Of a stretch of 64,000 nt of DNA, positions 1 to 7,519 are shown piece after piece. Below the pieces are notes generated by a model. The model was not told the DNA's origin. It did no database searches and worked only from the letters and a program-made list of their open reading frames with translations. Position numbers and translations under genes: made by a program. The stretch is from a virus, in the IMG/VR virus record IMGVR_UViG_3300021961_000023. The stretch is one strand, 5' to 3'. The first letter of the stretch is position 1. The number at the start of each line of letters is the position of its first letter.

Positions 1-237
1 CCCGTCATGGGTCTCTGGACAAGTTCTATCGGTATTATTGGACTCGCTCTTAATCTTCGTGCTTACGACTTTGTATCTCAAGAGATTCGTGCGGCAGAAG
101 ATCCAGAGTTCGAGACTTTCTACACCAAGAACATTCTCCTGAATGAAGGTCTACGTGCTTGGATGGCACCTGTTGATCAACCTCACGAGAACTTTGTGTT
201 CCCAGAGGAAGTCTTGCCAAGAGGAAACGCACTCTAA
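1..237 (+). CDS. psbD: Photosystem II D2 protein, 3' part (truncated by window edge)
   Basis: Diagnostic D2 C-terminus [34 protein letters not shown]...[11 protein letters not shown]. Confidence 0.98.
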   Translation, partial: PVMGLWTSSIGIIGLALNLRAYDFVSQEIRAAEDPEFETFYTKNILLNEGLRAWMAPVDQPHENFVFPEEVLPRGNAL

Positions 238-245
238 AAATAAAT

Positions 246-273
246 AAAAGGAGTTCTCTGAACTCCTTTTTTT
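246..273 (+). terminator. Intrinsic terminator after psbD
   Basis: aaaaggagttc-tct-gaactcctttt stem-loop ending in a T-run. Confidence 0.85.
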
Positions 274-354
274 ATGACTACTATTCTAGTGTCATTTATA
301 ATATTTGGAATTTTTATGTTCCTGATATCACTTACAGACCACTATCACTACTAA
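274..354 (+). CDS. Small hydrophobic peptide (26 aa)
   Basis: MTTILVSFIIFGIFMFLISLTDHYHY; stop overlaps the next start (TAATG). Confidence 0.4.
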   Translation: MTTILVSFIIFGIFMFLISLTDHYHY

Positions 355-470
355 TGATTACTTCTGAAACACCTTACAAACTCGCAGATATTATCAGAGA
401 TACCTGGCCAAATCTTTACTTTCCTAAAAGGGAGAGTAAAGAAACTAAACAAGAAGAAAAAAATAAATAA
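354..470 (+). CDS. Small hypothetical protein (38 aa)
   Basis: MITSETPYKLADIIRDTWPNLYFP...; coupled start via TAATG. Confidence 0.5.
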   Translation: MITSETPYKLADIIRDTWPNLYFPKRESKETKQEEKNK

Positions 471-488
471 GTACAGTTGCATAAGTTT

Positions 489-863
489 ATGGAACTCTAC
501 AATTCTCCTCAAGCATATTTGTTTAACTTACACGTTACGAAATCGTCAGAAGCTAAACGAATATGGAGGAGAAACATTAGAGAAAAATGGGACCATAAAT
601 GTGCATACTGCGAATCTGATGTAGATATAACGATTGATCACATTGTTCCACTTTCAAAGGGTGGACTAGATTTTACAAACAATGTGGTTGCTTGTTGCAA
701 ATCTTGTAACCAATCAAAGGGACACACTCCTATGATGGAGTGGTATGAGAATCAAGAGTTCTTTACTGAAGCAAGAAAGAATGCTATTATCAACTGGATG
801 GAAGCAAATACTGAAAAACCAGAGAGGTATAGATATCCAGCAAGACGTAACAATGCTTCTTAA
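489..863 (+). CDS. HNH endonuclease (McrA/HNH_5-like)
   Basis: CAYC...TIDHIVPLSKGG...NVVACCKSCNQSKG; ATG at 489 preferred over the TTG at 477. Confidence 0.9.
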   Translation: MELYNSPQAYLFNLHVTKSSEAKRIWRRNIREKWDHKCAYCESDVDITIDHIVPLSKGGLDFTNNVVACCKSCNQSKGHTPMMEWYENQEFFTEARKNAIINWMEANTEKPERYRYPARRNNAS

Positions 864-894
864 AAATACTATATAAACAAGTAACTAAAATACG

Positions 895-1131
895 ATGACA
901 TTTGTAATCTATTCAAAAAATGGTTGTCCTTACTGTGACAAAATCAAACAAGTAATGCGACTTGCTGAGTTGAAACATGTTATTTACACCCTTGATGCAG
1001 ATTTCTCAAGAGAACAGTTTTATTCTGAGTTTGGGCAAGGATCTACATTTCCACAAGTTCAACTTGATGGACAAAATCTGGGTGGATGTACTGACACTGT
1101 TAAGTATCTGAAGGAGCAGAATATCGTGTAA
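895..1131 (+). CDS. nrdC: Glutaredoxin (NrdC-like)
   Basis: CPYC active site, TFPQV and GGCTD motifs. Confidence 0.92.
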   Translation: MTFVIYSKNGCPYCDKIKQVMRLAELKHVIYTLDADFSREQFYSEFGQGSTFPQVQLDGQNLGGCTDTVKYLKEQNIV

Positions 1132-1493
1132 TGGAACAAACCTCTGTAAACCAAATCTGTCAAGACGTAAAAAAAGCAATAGACTATGCGTTTAATGGAA
1201 AGTTTACTTTGAACCTTTACGACTACTTCAGAACTATAGAAATCAAAAGAGATAAAGTTGAACAGTTTTTAGAAAGTGCAACCGCAAACGAAATAACTTT
1301 TTTGATTCAAGATCTAGATGAATACTTGATAGGAGGATCTGACGACATTCATAAACAACTTAGAGAAGGTTACGGTCACATTCCTAAACCAGAGGCAAGG
1401 AAAATTAAAAACTATTTGAAACAAATGCTTGACGATGCGGAAAGATACCATTATGATAAGAGACCAGGACGCAGACCAAAGCAATCTAAATAA
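1131..1493 (+). CDS. Hypothetical protein
   Basis: 120-aa ORF coupled to glutaredoxin. Confidence 0.75.
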   Translation: MEQTSVNQICQDVKKAIDYAFNGKFTLNLYDYFRTIEIKRDKVEQFLESATANEITFLIQDLDEYLIGGSDDIHKQLREGYGHIPKPEARKIKNYLKQMLDDAERYHYDKRPGRRPKQSK

Positions 1494-1680
1494 AAACAAA
1501 CCCGAAATTAATCGGGGAGTTGAACTACTACTTAGAAATAGGAGGAGAAAAAAAGAGGGACCAAAAACTTTTTCGATGAAGTTTGGTAAACTTATTTCTC
1601 TTCTTAACCGAGAGATTCGCATAGAGTTTGGATTCTTCATCGACATTAAGAAAAAACAAGCATCTATCTCGGGAGAATAA
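1429..1680 (+). CDS. Hypothetical basic protein (start uncertain)
   Basis: Fills the gap in the operon; INRGVELLLRNRRRK core. Confidence 0.55.
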   Translation: MTMRKDTIMIRDQDADQSNLNKNKPEINRGVELLLRNRRRKKEGPKTFSMKFGKLISLLNREIRIEFGFFIDIKKKQASISGE

Positions 1681-1682
1681 AA

Positions 1683-1910
1683 ATGTTAGCAGTAACTCTC
1701 ACCATCGGCACTTTAGTTTCTATAATGTTCTTTTTTGTTGGTGGAGTAATAGGATGGATGGCAAAACAACATGTTTATGAAACAAATGTTGTTGCATATA
1801 CACACCCTGAGATGTTTGATTCAAATGGGAATGTAATACCTGACGAAATTTTAGCAGTACGATTTGAGAATGACTATGACAGCTACGACGACGAGGAAGA
1901 AGAAGGTTGA
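1683..1910 (+). CDS. Small membrane protein with acidic tail
   Basis: GGAG RBS; N-terminal TM helix; HPEMFD motif. Confidence 0.75.
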   Translation: MLAVTLTIGTLVSIMFFFVGGVIGWMAKQHVYETNVVAYTHPEMFDSNGNVIPDEILAVRFENDYDSYDDEEEEG

Positions 1911-2445
1911 AAAACCCGTTGATTCTCTTCCAACTAATCCTTTTATTTTTGAGATTTTAGAACTTGCATCTAAGCAACGTTCTAATCAAAAGAAAGTAGA
2001 AGTTCTTAAGATGTATGAGCATGACTCTTTAAAAACAATCTTTATTTGGAACTTTGATACTTCAGTAATCTCCCTCCTTCCTGAGGGAGAAGTTCCTTAT
2101 TCTGATCTCAACGATCAAACAGTTTACTCTGGCACTCTTTCAGACAATCTTATACGGGAAGCATCTGGTGGTGAATCTGCCACTGGACAGGACCTAGATG
2201 GGCGAGGGAAGACCTCTTTACGCAGAGAGTACGCAAACCTCTATCACTACGTTAAAGGGGGCAACGACAGTCTCTCAGGCATCCGTAGAGAGATGATGTT
2301 TATCAACTTACTTCAAGGTCTTCATCCAAAAGAAGCAGAGGTTGTTGTTCTCACCAAAGACAAACGCTTAACCGATAAGTATAAACTTACTTTGGATATT
2401 GTTAAAGAAGCATATCCAGATATTACTTGGGGAAATAGAAGCTGA
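1864..2445 (+). CDS. Hypothetical protein (T4-like conserved type)
   Basis: LPEGEVPY ... REMMFINLLQGLHPKEAE motifs. Confidence 0.75.
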   Translation: MRMTMTATTTRKKKVEKPVDSLPTNPFIFEILELASKQRSNQKKVEVLKMYEHDSLKTIFIWNFDTSVISLLPEGEVPYSDLNDQTVYSGTLSDNLIREASGGESATGQDLDGRGKTSLRREYANLYHYVKGGNDSLSGIRREMMFINLLQGLHPKEAEVVVLTKDKRLTDKYKLTLDIVKEAYPDITWGNRS

Positions 2446-2699
2446 TGTACATCTTACATCAAAATTGTGATCCAGAACTTGCCAACGATAGGACTTTACC
2501 TTACACTGCATACATTGTTGAATACAAGGATAATGACTCTACATGTTGGGATATAGTAATCACAAATAAGAGAACCGATATTTTTGATTACTATTGGGAT
2601 CGATATAGAGAAGATTTAGTTGGGTTCAAACAAACAGAGGGAAGGGTGAATCCTAAACTCTGGGATGGAAACAAAAAACAATCAAACAAAAAAAGATGA
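2445..2699 (+). CDS. Hypothetical protein
   Basis: Coupled ORF, 84 aa. Confidence 0.7.
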   Translation: MYILHQNCDPELANDRTLPYTAYIVEYKDNDSTCWDIVITNKRTDIFDYYWDRYREDLVGFKQTEGRVNPKLWDGNKKQSNKKR

Positions 2700-2911
2700 G
2701 TGCTGGATTTGGTGGAGCGGGAGATGACCGCACAGGAAAAGACGCAAAGATCACAATCGATCTTGATAATGTTGCTAAACTTACAAAGCAATATAAAAAA
2801 CTGAAGAAGTATATGAGATCAAACTATTACGATCTTCTTGTCATGAATGGCACAGAAAAAGTGATAACCAACTTACTAAAAGAAACTGAGGAAGAACAGG
2901 AGGATCTATGA
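2696..2911 (+). CDS. Hypothetical protein
   Basis: ATGA-coupled ORF, 71 aa. Confidence 0.7.
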   Translation: MSAGFGGAGDDRTGKDAKITIDLDNVAKLTKQYKKLKKYMRSNYYDLLVMNGTEKVITNLLKETEEEQEDL

Positions 2912-2914
2912 GAA

Positions 2915-3241
2915 ATGGGAAAGCATTATTTACTAAACCTTTATGGTTGTTCCTTTGTCCTTTTGGATGATGAGCGTAGTCTCATAGATTTATTAGAAAA
3001 TGCTGCTGTTGCTAGTGGAGCAACAGTTATTCAAACCATTTCAAAAAAGTTTGATCCTCAAGGAGTTACTGTCATTTGTCTATTGTCAGAAAGTCATATT
3101 AGCATTCATACATGGCCAGAAGAAGGTAAAGCAGCAGTTGACGTTTATACTTGCGGCGATTGCAACCCAAAAATTGGGTGTGATATAATCATTCAACAAC
3201 TTTATGCTACGAATCATACCTTGAGTTATATCGAAAGGTAA
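2915..3241 (+). CDS. speD: S-adenosylmethionine decarboxylase proenzyme
   Basis: MGKH...LSESHISIHTWPE...AAVDVYTCG, including the pyruvoyl cleavage motif ESH. Confidence 0.95.
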   Translation: MGKHYLLNLYGCSFVLLDDERSLIDLLENAAVASGATVIQTISKKFDPQGVTVICLLSESHISIHTWPEEGKAAVDVYTCGDCNPKIGCDIIIQQLYATNHTLSYIER

Positions 3242-3597
3242 TGCTAAATAACCCTATATGGAGACTGCATATGCTCTCTACACAATATCGCCTTCGCCTT
3301 GAAGCAATCTGTGATAAGATTGCAAAACATCAAGAGGTGACTTTGGAAGATATGATCTGGGCAGAAAAACTTGCAAAAGCAAATAGAACTGCTGGTACTA
3401 TGTTACGTCAAGCAAGAAGAACTGCTGAAAATCCCGACATGCAAGAGGGGGATATGGATGATTTTTTAAACCAACTTGACATCGGCGGTCTAGGTCACGA
3501 GCGTTTTGGTAAGCGTGGTTTTGATAGTGTCGATGATATGGTAGATTGGTGGACTGAAGGTAGAGATAAACCTGATGATTGGAGACAACGTGATTGA
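3241..3597 (+). CDS. Hypothetical protein (start may be 3271)
   Basis: MLSTQYRLRLEAIC...DWRQRD. Confidence 0.75.
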   Translation: MLNNPIWRLHMLSTQYRLRLEAICDKIAKHQEVTLEDMIWAEKLAKANRTAGTMLRQARRTAENPDMQEGDMDDFLNQLDIGGLGHERFGKRGFDSVDDMVDWWTEGRDKPDDWRQRD

Positions 3598-3600
3598 GTG

Positions 3601-3629
3601 TTGACAAATCCAGAGATCCCGACTAGATT
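3601..3629 (+). promoter_or_regulatory. Sigma70-like promoter
   Basis: TTGACA-17 nt-TAGATT (a TATAAT also lies at 3635). Confidence 0.55.
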
Positions 3630-3651
3630 CATATTATAATACTATTAGATT

Positions 3652-3846
3652 ATGGAATACAAACCTTACTCTCCAGAATGGCATAGAAAAAGGATCTTGA
3701 AAGAAGCACTTGATCAGTATTTTAATGCGTATGTAGATAATGATGTTATCTATGAGGATCTAATGAGTATATTGCATGAAAGATCTGAGGCAGCATATAA
3801 AATATTTCAGAAAACTGTAGAACTAGAATCAAAGATATATTCTTAA
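3652..3846 (+). CDS. Hypothetical protein
   Basis: 64-aa ORF, YKPYSPEWHRKR. Confidence 0.7.
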   Translation: MEYKPYSPEWHRKRILKEALDQYFNAYVDNDVIYEDLMSILHERSEAAYKIFQKTVELESKIYS

Positions 3847-3883
3847 ATTAATATAAAACTGTAACATTTACAACAGTTTCGTC

Positions 3884-3912
3884 TTGCTATATAGGATGAA
3901 TAGGAGTATACT
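3884..3912 (+). promoter_or_regulatory. Sigma70-like promoter for the riboswitch/DUF4278 transcript
   Basis: TTGCTA-17 nt-TATACT ending 10 nt before the first CGTTC. Confidence 0.6.
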
Positions 3913-3922
3913 AATCTCCTAA

Positions 3923-4166
3923 CGTTCATCCTATGACTAAGGCACTTTTGCTCTTGGCATGGGTTCCACTTTTTACCGTTTCAACGCCACAACCAGAATC
4001 ATTTCCAGTGAGTATAAGTTGTGACGCAGCGTGGGAACTAATGGACATCGTTAAAAACAACGATGTAACAAATCAAAAAATGGAAGACCGATTGCTACTA
4101 GAACTCCGAAAGGATGTAGTTCAGAGGTGCTAACTTAATAGGACGGAAGTAAGCCGACTCGGAACG
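3923..4166 (+). ncRNA. Glutamine riboswitch-like motif 1 (glnA/Downstream-peptide type) with ~200-nt coding loop
   Basis: P1 CGTTC(3923)/GAACG(4162); P2 TCCTAT(3929)/ATAGGA(4138); core CGGAAGTAAG. Confidence 0.7.
3933..4133 (+). CDS. Small possibly secreted C-x35-C protein nested in riboswitch motif 1
   Basis: 66 aa; hydrophobic N-terminus; paralog of 4179..4334. Confidence 0.7.
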   Translation: MTKALLLLAWVPLFTVSTPQPESFPVSISCDAAWELMDIVKNNDVTNQKMEDRLLLELRKDVVQRC

Positions 4167-4169
4167 GGA

Positions 4170-4341
4170 CGTTCATCTATGGAACTACTTTTTTTAACTT
4201 GTGTTCAAGCAAACTTTCTTATTAGTCGAGTGTTGGTTCATAAAGATTTAAACCCACAACAGCGTAATGAGATTGTTTGGGAGATTAAACAAGTTACAAA
4301 AAAAGGTTGTTTTATAGACGCAAAAGCCGACTGAAGGAACG
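4170..4341 (+). ncRNA. Glutamine riboswitch-like motif 2 (Downstream-peptide type) with ~130-nt coding loop
   Basis: P1 CGTTC(4170)/GAACG(4337); P2 TCTAT(4176)/ATAGA(4314); core CGCAAAAGCCGACTGAAG; directly upstream of a DUF4278 gene. Confidence 0.75.
4179..4334 (+). CDS. Small C-x35-C protein nested in riboswitch motif 2 (51 aa)
   Basis: MELLFLTCVQANFLISRVLVHKDLNPQQRNEIVWEIKQVTKKGCFIDAKAD; ungapped similarity to 3933..4133. Confidence 0.65.
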   Translation: MELLFLTCVQANFLISRVLVHKDLNPQQRNEIVWEIKQVTKKGCFIDAKAD

Positions 4342-4372
4342 CTCTTTAACCTAACACTTAAGGAGAACCCTA

Positions 4373-4510
4373 ATGTCTAAAGTCGTTTATCGCGGTGTTG
4401 AATACGATACGCAAAAGCGTTTAGAGTATCAACAGCAGATGATGCAGCAACCCCAACAATACAACGAAACCTATCGTGGTGTTAAGTATGTAAAGGAGGG
4501 GCATAAATGA
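4373..4510 (+). CDS. DUF4278 ('downstream peptide') protein, 45 aa
   Basis: AGGAG RBS; two YRGV motifs (VVYRGVEY, TYRGVKY). Confidence 0.88.
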   Translation: MSKVVYRGVEYDTQKRLEYQQQMMQQPQQYNETYRGVKYVKEGHK

Positions 4511-4608
4511 ATACTTACTTCGTTCGATATCTTAAAAGAAAAGCAAAGAAGGAACAACTTCTTCACATTGCACAAGTAAATATGGCGAAGCAACCACAAG
4601 TTGCTTGA
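4507..4608 (+). CDS. Small basic peptide, 33 aa
   Basis: GGAGG RBS, ATGA overlap; MNTYFVRYLKRKAKKEQLLHIAQVNMAKQPQVA. Confidence 0.6.
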   Translation: MNTYFVRYLKRKAKKEQLLHIAQVNMAKQPQVA

Positions 4609-4611
4609 TAC

Positions 4612-4638
4612 AAAGGAGGTTGATCCCCTCCTTTTTTT
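4612..4638 (+). terminator. Intrinsic terminator overlapping a downstream promoter
   Basis: aaaggagg...cctccttt stem plus T-run; TTGATC(4620)-17-TATAAT(4643) overlaps it. Confidence 0.75.
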
Positions 4639-4669
4639 ATGGTATAATGACTAGAGATAATAATATCTC

Positions 4670-4837
4670 ATGGATAAAAATAAACTTAAAGTTTTAGTTG
4701 AAAAACTAAAAAAACTTGTCAGTGAGTTAGAATCTGAGATATACTCAGATGTAAGTGCTTACACAAATAATCAAAGTATTCCTATTATGGATTACGATGA
4801 AGTTTTCTATGGCGACGACGACGGTTACCCTGATTAA
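4670..4837 (+). CDS. Hypothetical protein (55 aa)
   Basis: MDKNKLKVLVEKLK...ELESEIYSD...DYDEVFYGDDDGYPD. Confidence 0.75.
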   Translation: MDKNKLKVLVEKLKKLVSELESEIYSDVSAYTNNQSIPIMDYDEVFYGDDDGYPD

Positions 4838-4840
4838 TCT

Positions 4841-5560
4841 ATGAACTCAATTGTTAAACTTATTTCTGTAACTCAAGGTGCAGGAGATCTTGCAGGTAAA
4901 TCTGCACAAGAAGTGATTACATACACGGCTCGTGTAAGTAATCCAAACAATCAACTTAACTTTGATACTGCTGCTGGATTACTCCGCTACTGTATCAAAC
5001 AAAATCACTGGTCGATTTTTGAGCAGGCAGATATGACTCTGGAGATTAATACTACTAGAGGTATCGCAGCTCAAGTGCTTCGTCATCGTTCATTTACATT
5101 TCAAGAATTTTCGCAAAGGTATGCAGATACAAAACTTCTGACTGAACTACCTGAAGTTCCTGAACTTCGTAAACAAGATGAAAAGAATCGTCAAAACTCA
5201 ACGAATGATCTTGATGATCATACGAGAGAAAAGTTTGAGGGTATGATTGAGCAGCACTTTGAAGAGGCACAACGTCTTTACGATAAGATGCTTGAGAAGG
5301 GCGTGGCAAAGGAATGTGCAAGGTTTGTGCTCCCCCTGGCAACCCCTACAAGGATCTACATGAAGGGCTCTGTAAGGTCATGGATCCACTACATCGATCT
5401 TCGATCTGCCCATGGTACTCAGAAGGAGCATATGGACATTGCAGAGGCAGCACGATGCGTCTTCATCTGTCAATTCCCCGACATTGCCAAAGCACTTGAA
5501 TGGACTAAATCTGAAGATTGTCCAGAATGTTCTGATGCTCCATCACTCATAATCCCCTAA
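4841..5560 (+). CDS. thyX: Flavin-dependent thymidylate synthase
   Basis: HWSIFE and RHRSFTFQEFSQRY ThyX motifs. Confidence 0.96.
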   Translation: MNSIVKLISVTQGAGDLAGKSAQEVITYTARVSNPNNQLNFDTAAGLLRYCIKQNHWSIFEQADMTLEINTTRGIAAQVLRHRSFTFQEFSQRYADTKLLTELPEVPELRKQDEKNRQNSTNDLDDHTREKFEGMIEQHFEEAQRLYDKMLEKGVAKECARFVLPLATPTRIYMKGSVRSWIHYIDLRSAHGTQKEHMDIAEAARCVFICQFPDIAKALEWTKSEDCPECSDAPSLIIP

Positions 5561-5587
5561 ATATTTTACACAAAATGGAGGTGAAAG

Positions 5588-5836
5588 TTGCCAACGTATC
5601 CCGTTATTAATAAGACTACTGGTGAACAAAAAGAAGTAAAAATGAGTATTCATGACTGGGACCAGTGGAAAAATGATAATCCAGATTGGGACAGAGATTG
5701 GTCAGATCCATCAACCTGTCCTGCATCTGGAGAGATTGGTGAGGTTTACGACAAACTTAAAAAATCCCATCCAGGTTGGAACGATGTTCTCTACAAGGCA
5801 TCAAAAGCACCAGGATCAAAAGTAAAACCAGTTTAA
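5588..5836 (+). CDS. Conserved hypothetical protein upstream of phoH
   Basis: GGAGG RBS with TTG start; MPTYPVINKTTGE. Confidence 0.75.
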   Translation: MPTYPVINKTTGEQKEVKMSIHDWDQWKNDNPDWDRDWSDPSTCPASGEIGEVYDKLKKSHPGWNDVLYKASKAPGSKVKPV

Positions 5837-5839
5837 TCC

Positions 5840-6592
5840 ATGACAAGAAAGAGAAAGACAGATCATCCTATTGGTGTAGGTATGACGGCAAAACAAATGA
5901 AACGCAGAAAACCACTTAACAGTGAGTTGTTGGTTGACGTTCAACCGTTAACAGTCAATCAGAAGAACTTCTTCGAACAATATGAAGACGAAAAGCAAGT
6001 CATTGCTTATGGTGCTGCTGGAACAGGCAAAACATTCGTTGCACTTTACTTAGCACTTAGAGATGTTCTTAATGAAAACACTCCTTACGAAAAAGTTTAT
6101 ATCGTTAGGTCTCTTGTTTCTACTCGTGAAATTGGGTTTCTTCCTGGTGATCATGAAGACAAGTCCTCACTTTATCAGATTCCTTACAAGAACATGGTAA
6201 AGTATATGTTTGAGATGCCATCAGACGCAGACTTTGAAATGCTCTATGGAAATCTTAAAACTCAGGAGACGATTAAGTTTTGGTCCACGTCTTTTCTACG
6301 TGGAACAACTCTTGATAATGCAGTGATTATTGTTGATGAGTTCCAAAACTTGAACTTTCATGAACTTGATAGTATAATCACTCGTGTTGGTGAAAATAGT
6401 AGAATCATTTTCTGTGGTGATGCTACTCAAACTGATTTAATCAAAACAAATGAAAGAAATGGAATCATTGATTTCATGAATATTTTACGCAAAATGGAAT
6501 CGTTTAGTCTGATTGAGTTCGGCATCGATGACATTGTTCGTTCTGGACTCGTAAAAGAATATCTCATTGCAAAACAGGAATCTGGAATGTGA
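5840..6592 (+). CDS. phoH: PhoH-family ATPase
   Basis: GAAGTGKT, IGFLPG, RGTTLD, DEFQN, GDATQTD. Confidence 0.96.
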   Translation: MTRKRKTDHPIGVGMTAKQMKRRKPLNSELLVDVQPLTVNQKNFFEQYEDEKQVIAYGAAGTGKTFVALYLALRDVLNENTPYEKVYIVRSLVSTREIGFLPGDHEDKSSLYQIPYKNMVKYMFEMPSDADFEMLYGNLKTQETIKFWSTSFLRGTTLDNAVIIVDEFQNLNFHELDSIITRVGENSRIIFCGDATQTDLIKTNERNGIIDFMNILRKMESFSLIEFGIDDIVRSGLVKEYLIAKQESGM

Positions 6593-7269
6593 ATTTTAAC
6601 TTTATTAATACTGAGTTACCTCAACTTGAACGTGAAACAATCGATGGAGTCAGGTACTACAAAGTGCCTGACAATGGTGAACTTTTAAAACTTGTATCAA
6701 TCACTTCTATTACTAGTCACTTTAATAAAGATATATTTGTTAAGTGGAGAAAAAAGGTTGGTAATGAGGAAGCAGAACGTATCACAAAAGCGGCAACGAG
6801 TCGTGGAACTGATATGCATACTTTGGTAGAAAACTATCTCTCTAACCAAAATCTTCCACCAGTTCAACCTTTATCAGATTTCTTATTTAAGATTGCAAAA
6901 CCAGAACTCAATAAGATAAATAACATACGTGCTCTTGAAGGTTCTCTCTATAGTAAACAGTTAGGTATCGCAGGTACAGTGGACTGTATTGCTGATTATG
7001 ATGGAGAACTTTCAATCATAGACTTCAAAACATCTAAGAAACCCAAACCACGAGAGTGGATTGAACACTACTTTGTTCAATGTATGGCATATGGATGTAT
7101 GTTATATGAACTGACTGGCATCCCAGTCAAAAAACTTGTAATCATCATGGCTTGTGAAAATGGAGAATGTGTCGTCTATGAAGAACGAAACAAATCAAAG
7201 TACATCAAACTACTCACCCAATACATTAGAAAGTTTGTTGGGGATAAACTGGAACAATATGGAAAATGA
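6589..7269 (+). CDS. PD-(D/E)XK exonuclease (RecB/Cas4-like)
   Basis: RGTDMH, AGTVDCIA, IIDFKTS, Q..AY. Confidence 0.9.
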   Translation: MNFNFINTELPQLERETIDGVRYYKVPDNGELLKLVSITSITSHFNKDIFVKWRKKVGNEEAERITKAATSRGTDMHTLVENYLSNQNLPPVQPLSDFLFKIAKPELNKINNIRALEGSLYSKQLGIAGTVDCIADYDGELSIIDFKTSKKPKPREWIEHYFVQCMAYGCMLYELTGIPVKKLVIIMACENGECVVYEERNKSKYIKLLTQYIRKFVGDKLEQYGK

Positions 7270-7516
7270 ACTAGAAAAAGCCCTAGAGAGTAAGTTCTTT
7301 TGTCCTACTAAGTTTGCTCAAGAGATTGAGTTGATCGTCAAAACAAATACAGAAATGAATTATATTGATGCAATCATCTTCTTTTGCGAAAAGAACAATA
7401 TTGAGTTAGAATCTGTGCCGAAGTTAATCTCTAAACCACTGAAAGAAAAGATCAAATCAAATGCGATTGATCTTAACTTTCTAAAGAGAACTTCTCGTGC
7501 AAAACTTGTATTCTAA
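7259..7516 (+). CDS. gp33: Late transcription coactivator gp33
   Basis: FAQEIE...YIDAI...LISKPLKEKIK...LNFLK; syntenic before gp59 and gp32. Confidence 0.88.
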   Translation: MENELEKALESKFFCPTKFAQEIELIVKTNTEMNYIDAIIFFCEKNNIELESVPKLISKPLKEKIKSNAIDLNFLKRTSRAKLVF

Positions 7517-7519
7517 ATC

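Noticed and set aside
6589-7269. Cas4-like nuclease as part of a CRISPR system
   Set aside because: Sits in the core phoH-exo-gp33-gp59 synteny; no array or other cas genes.
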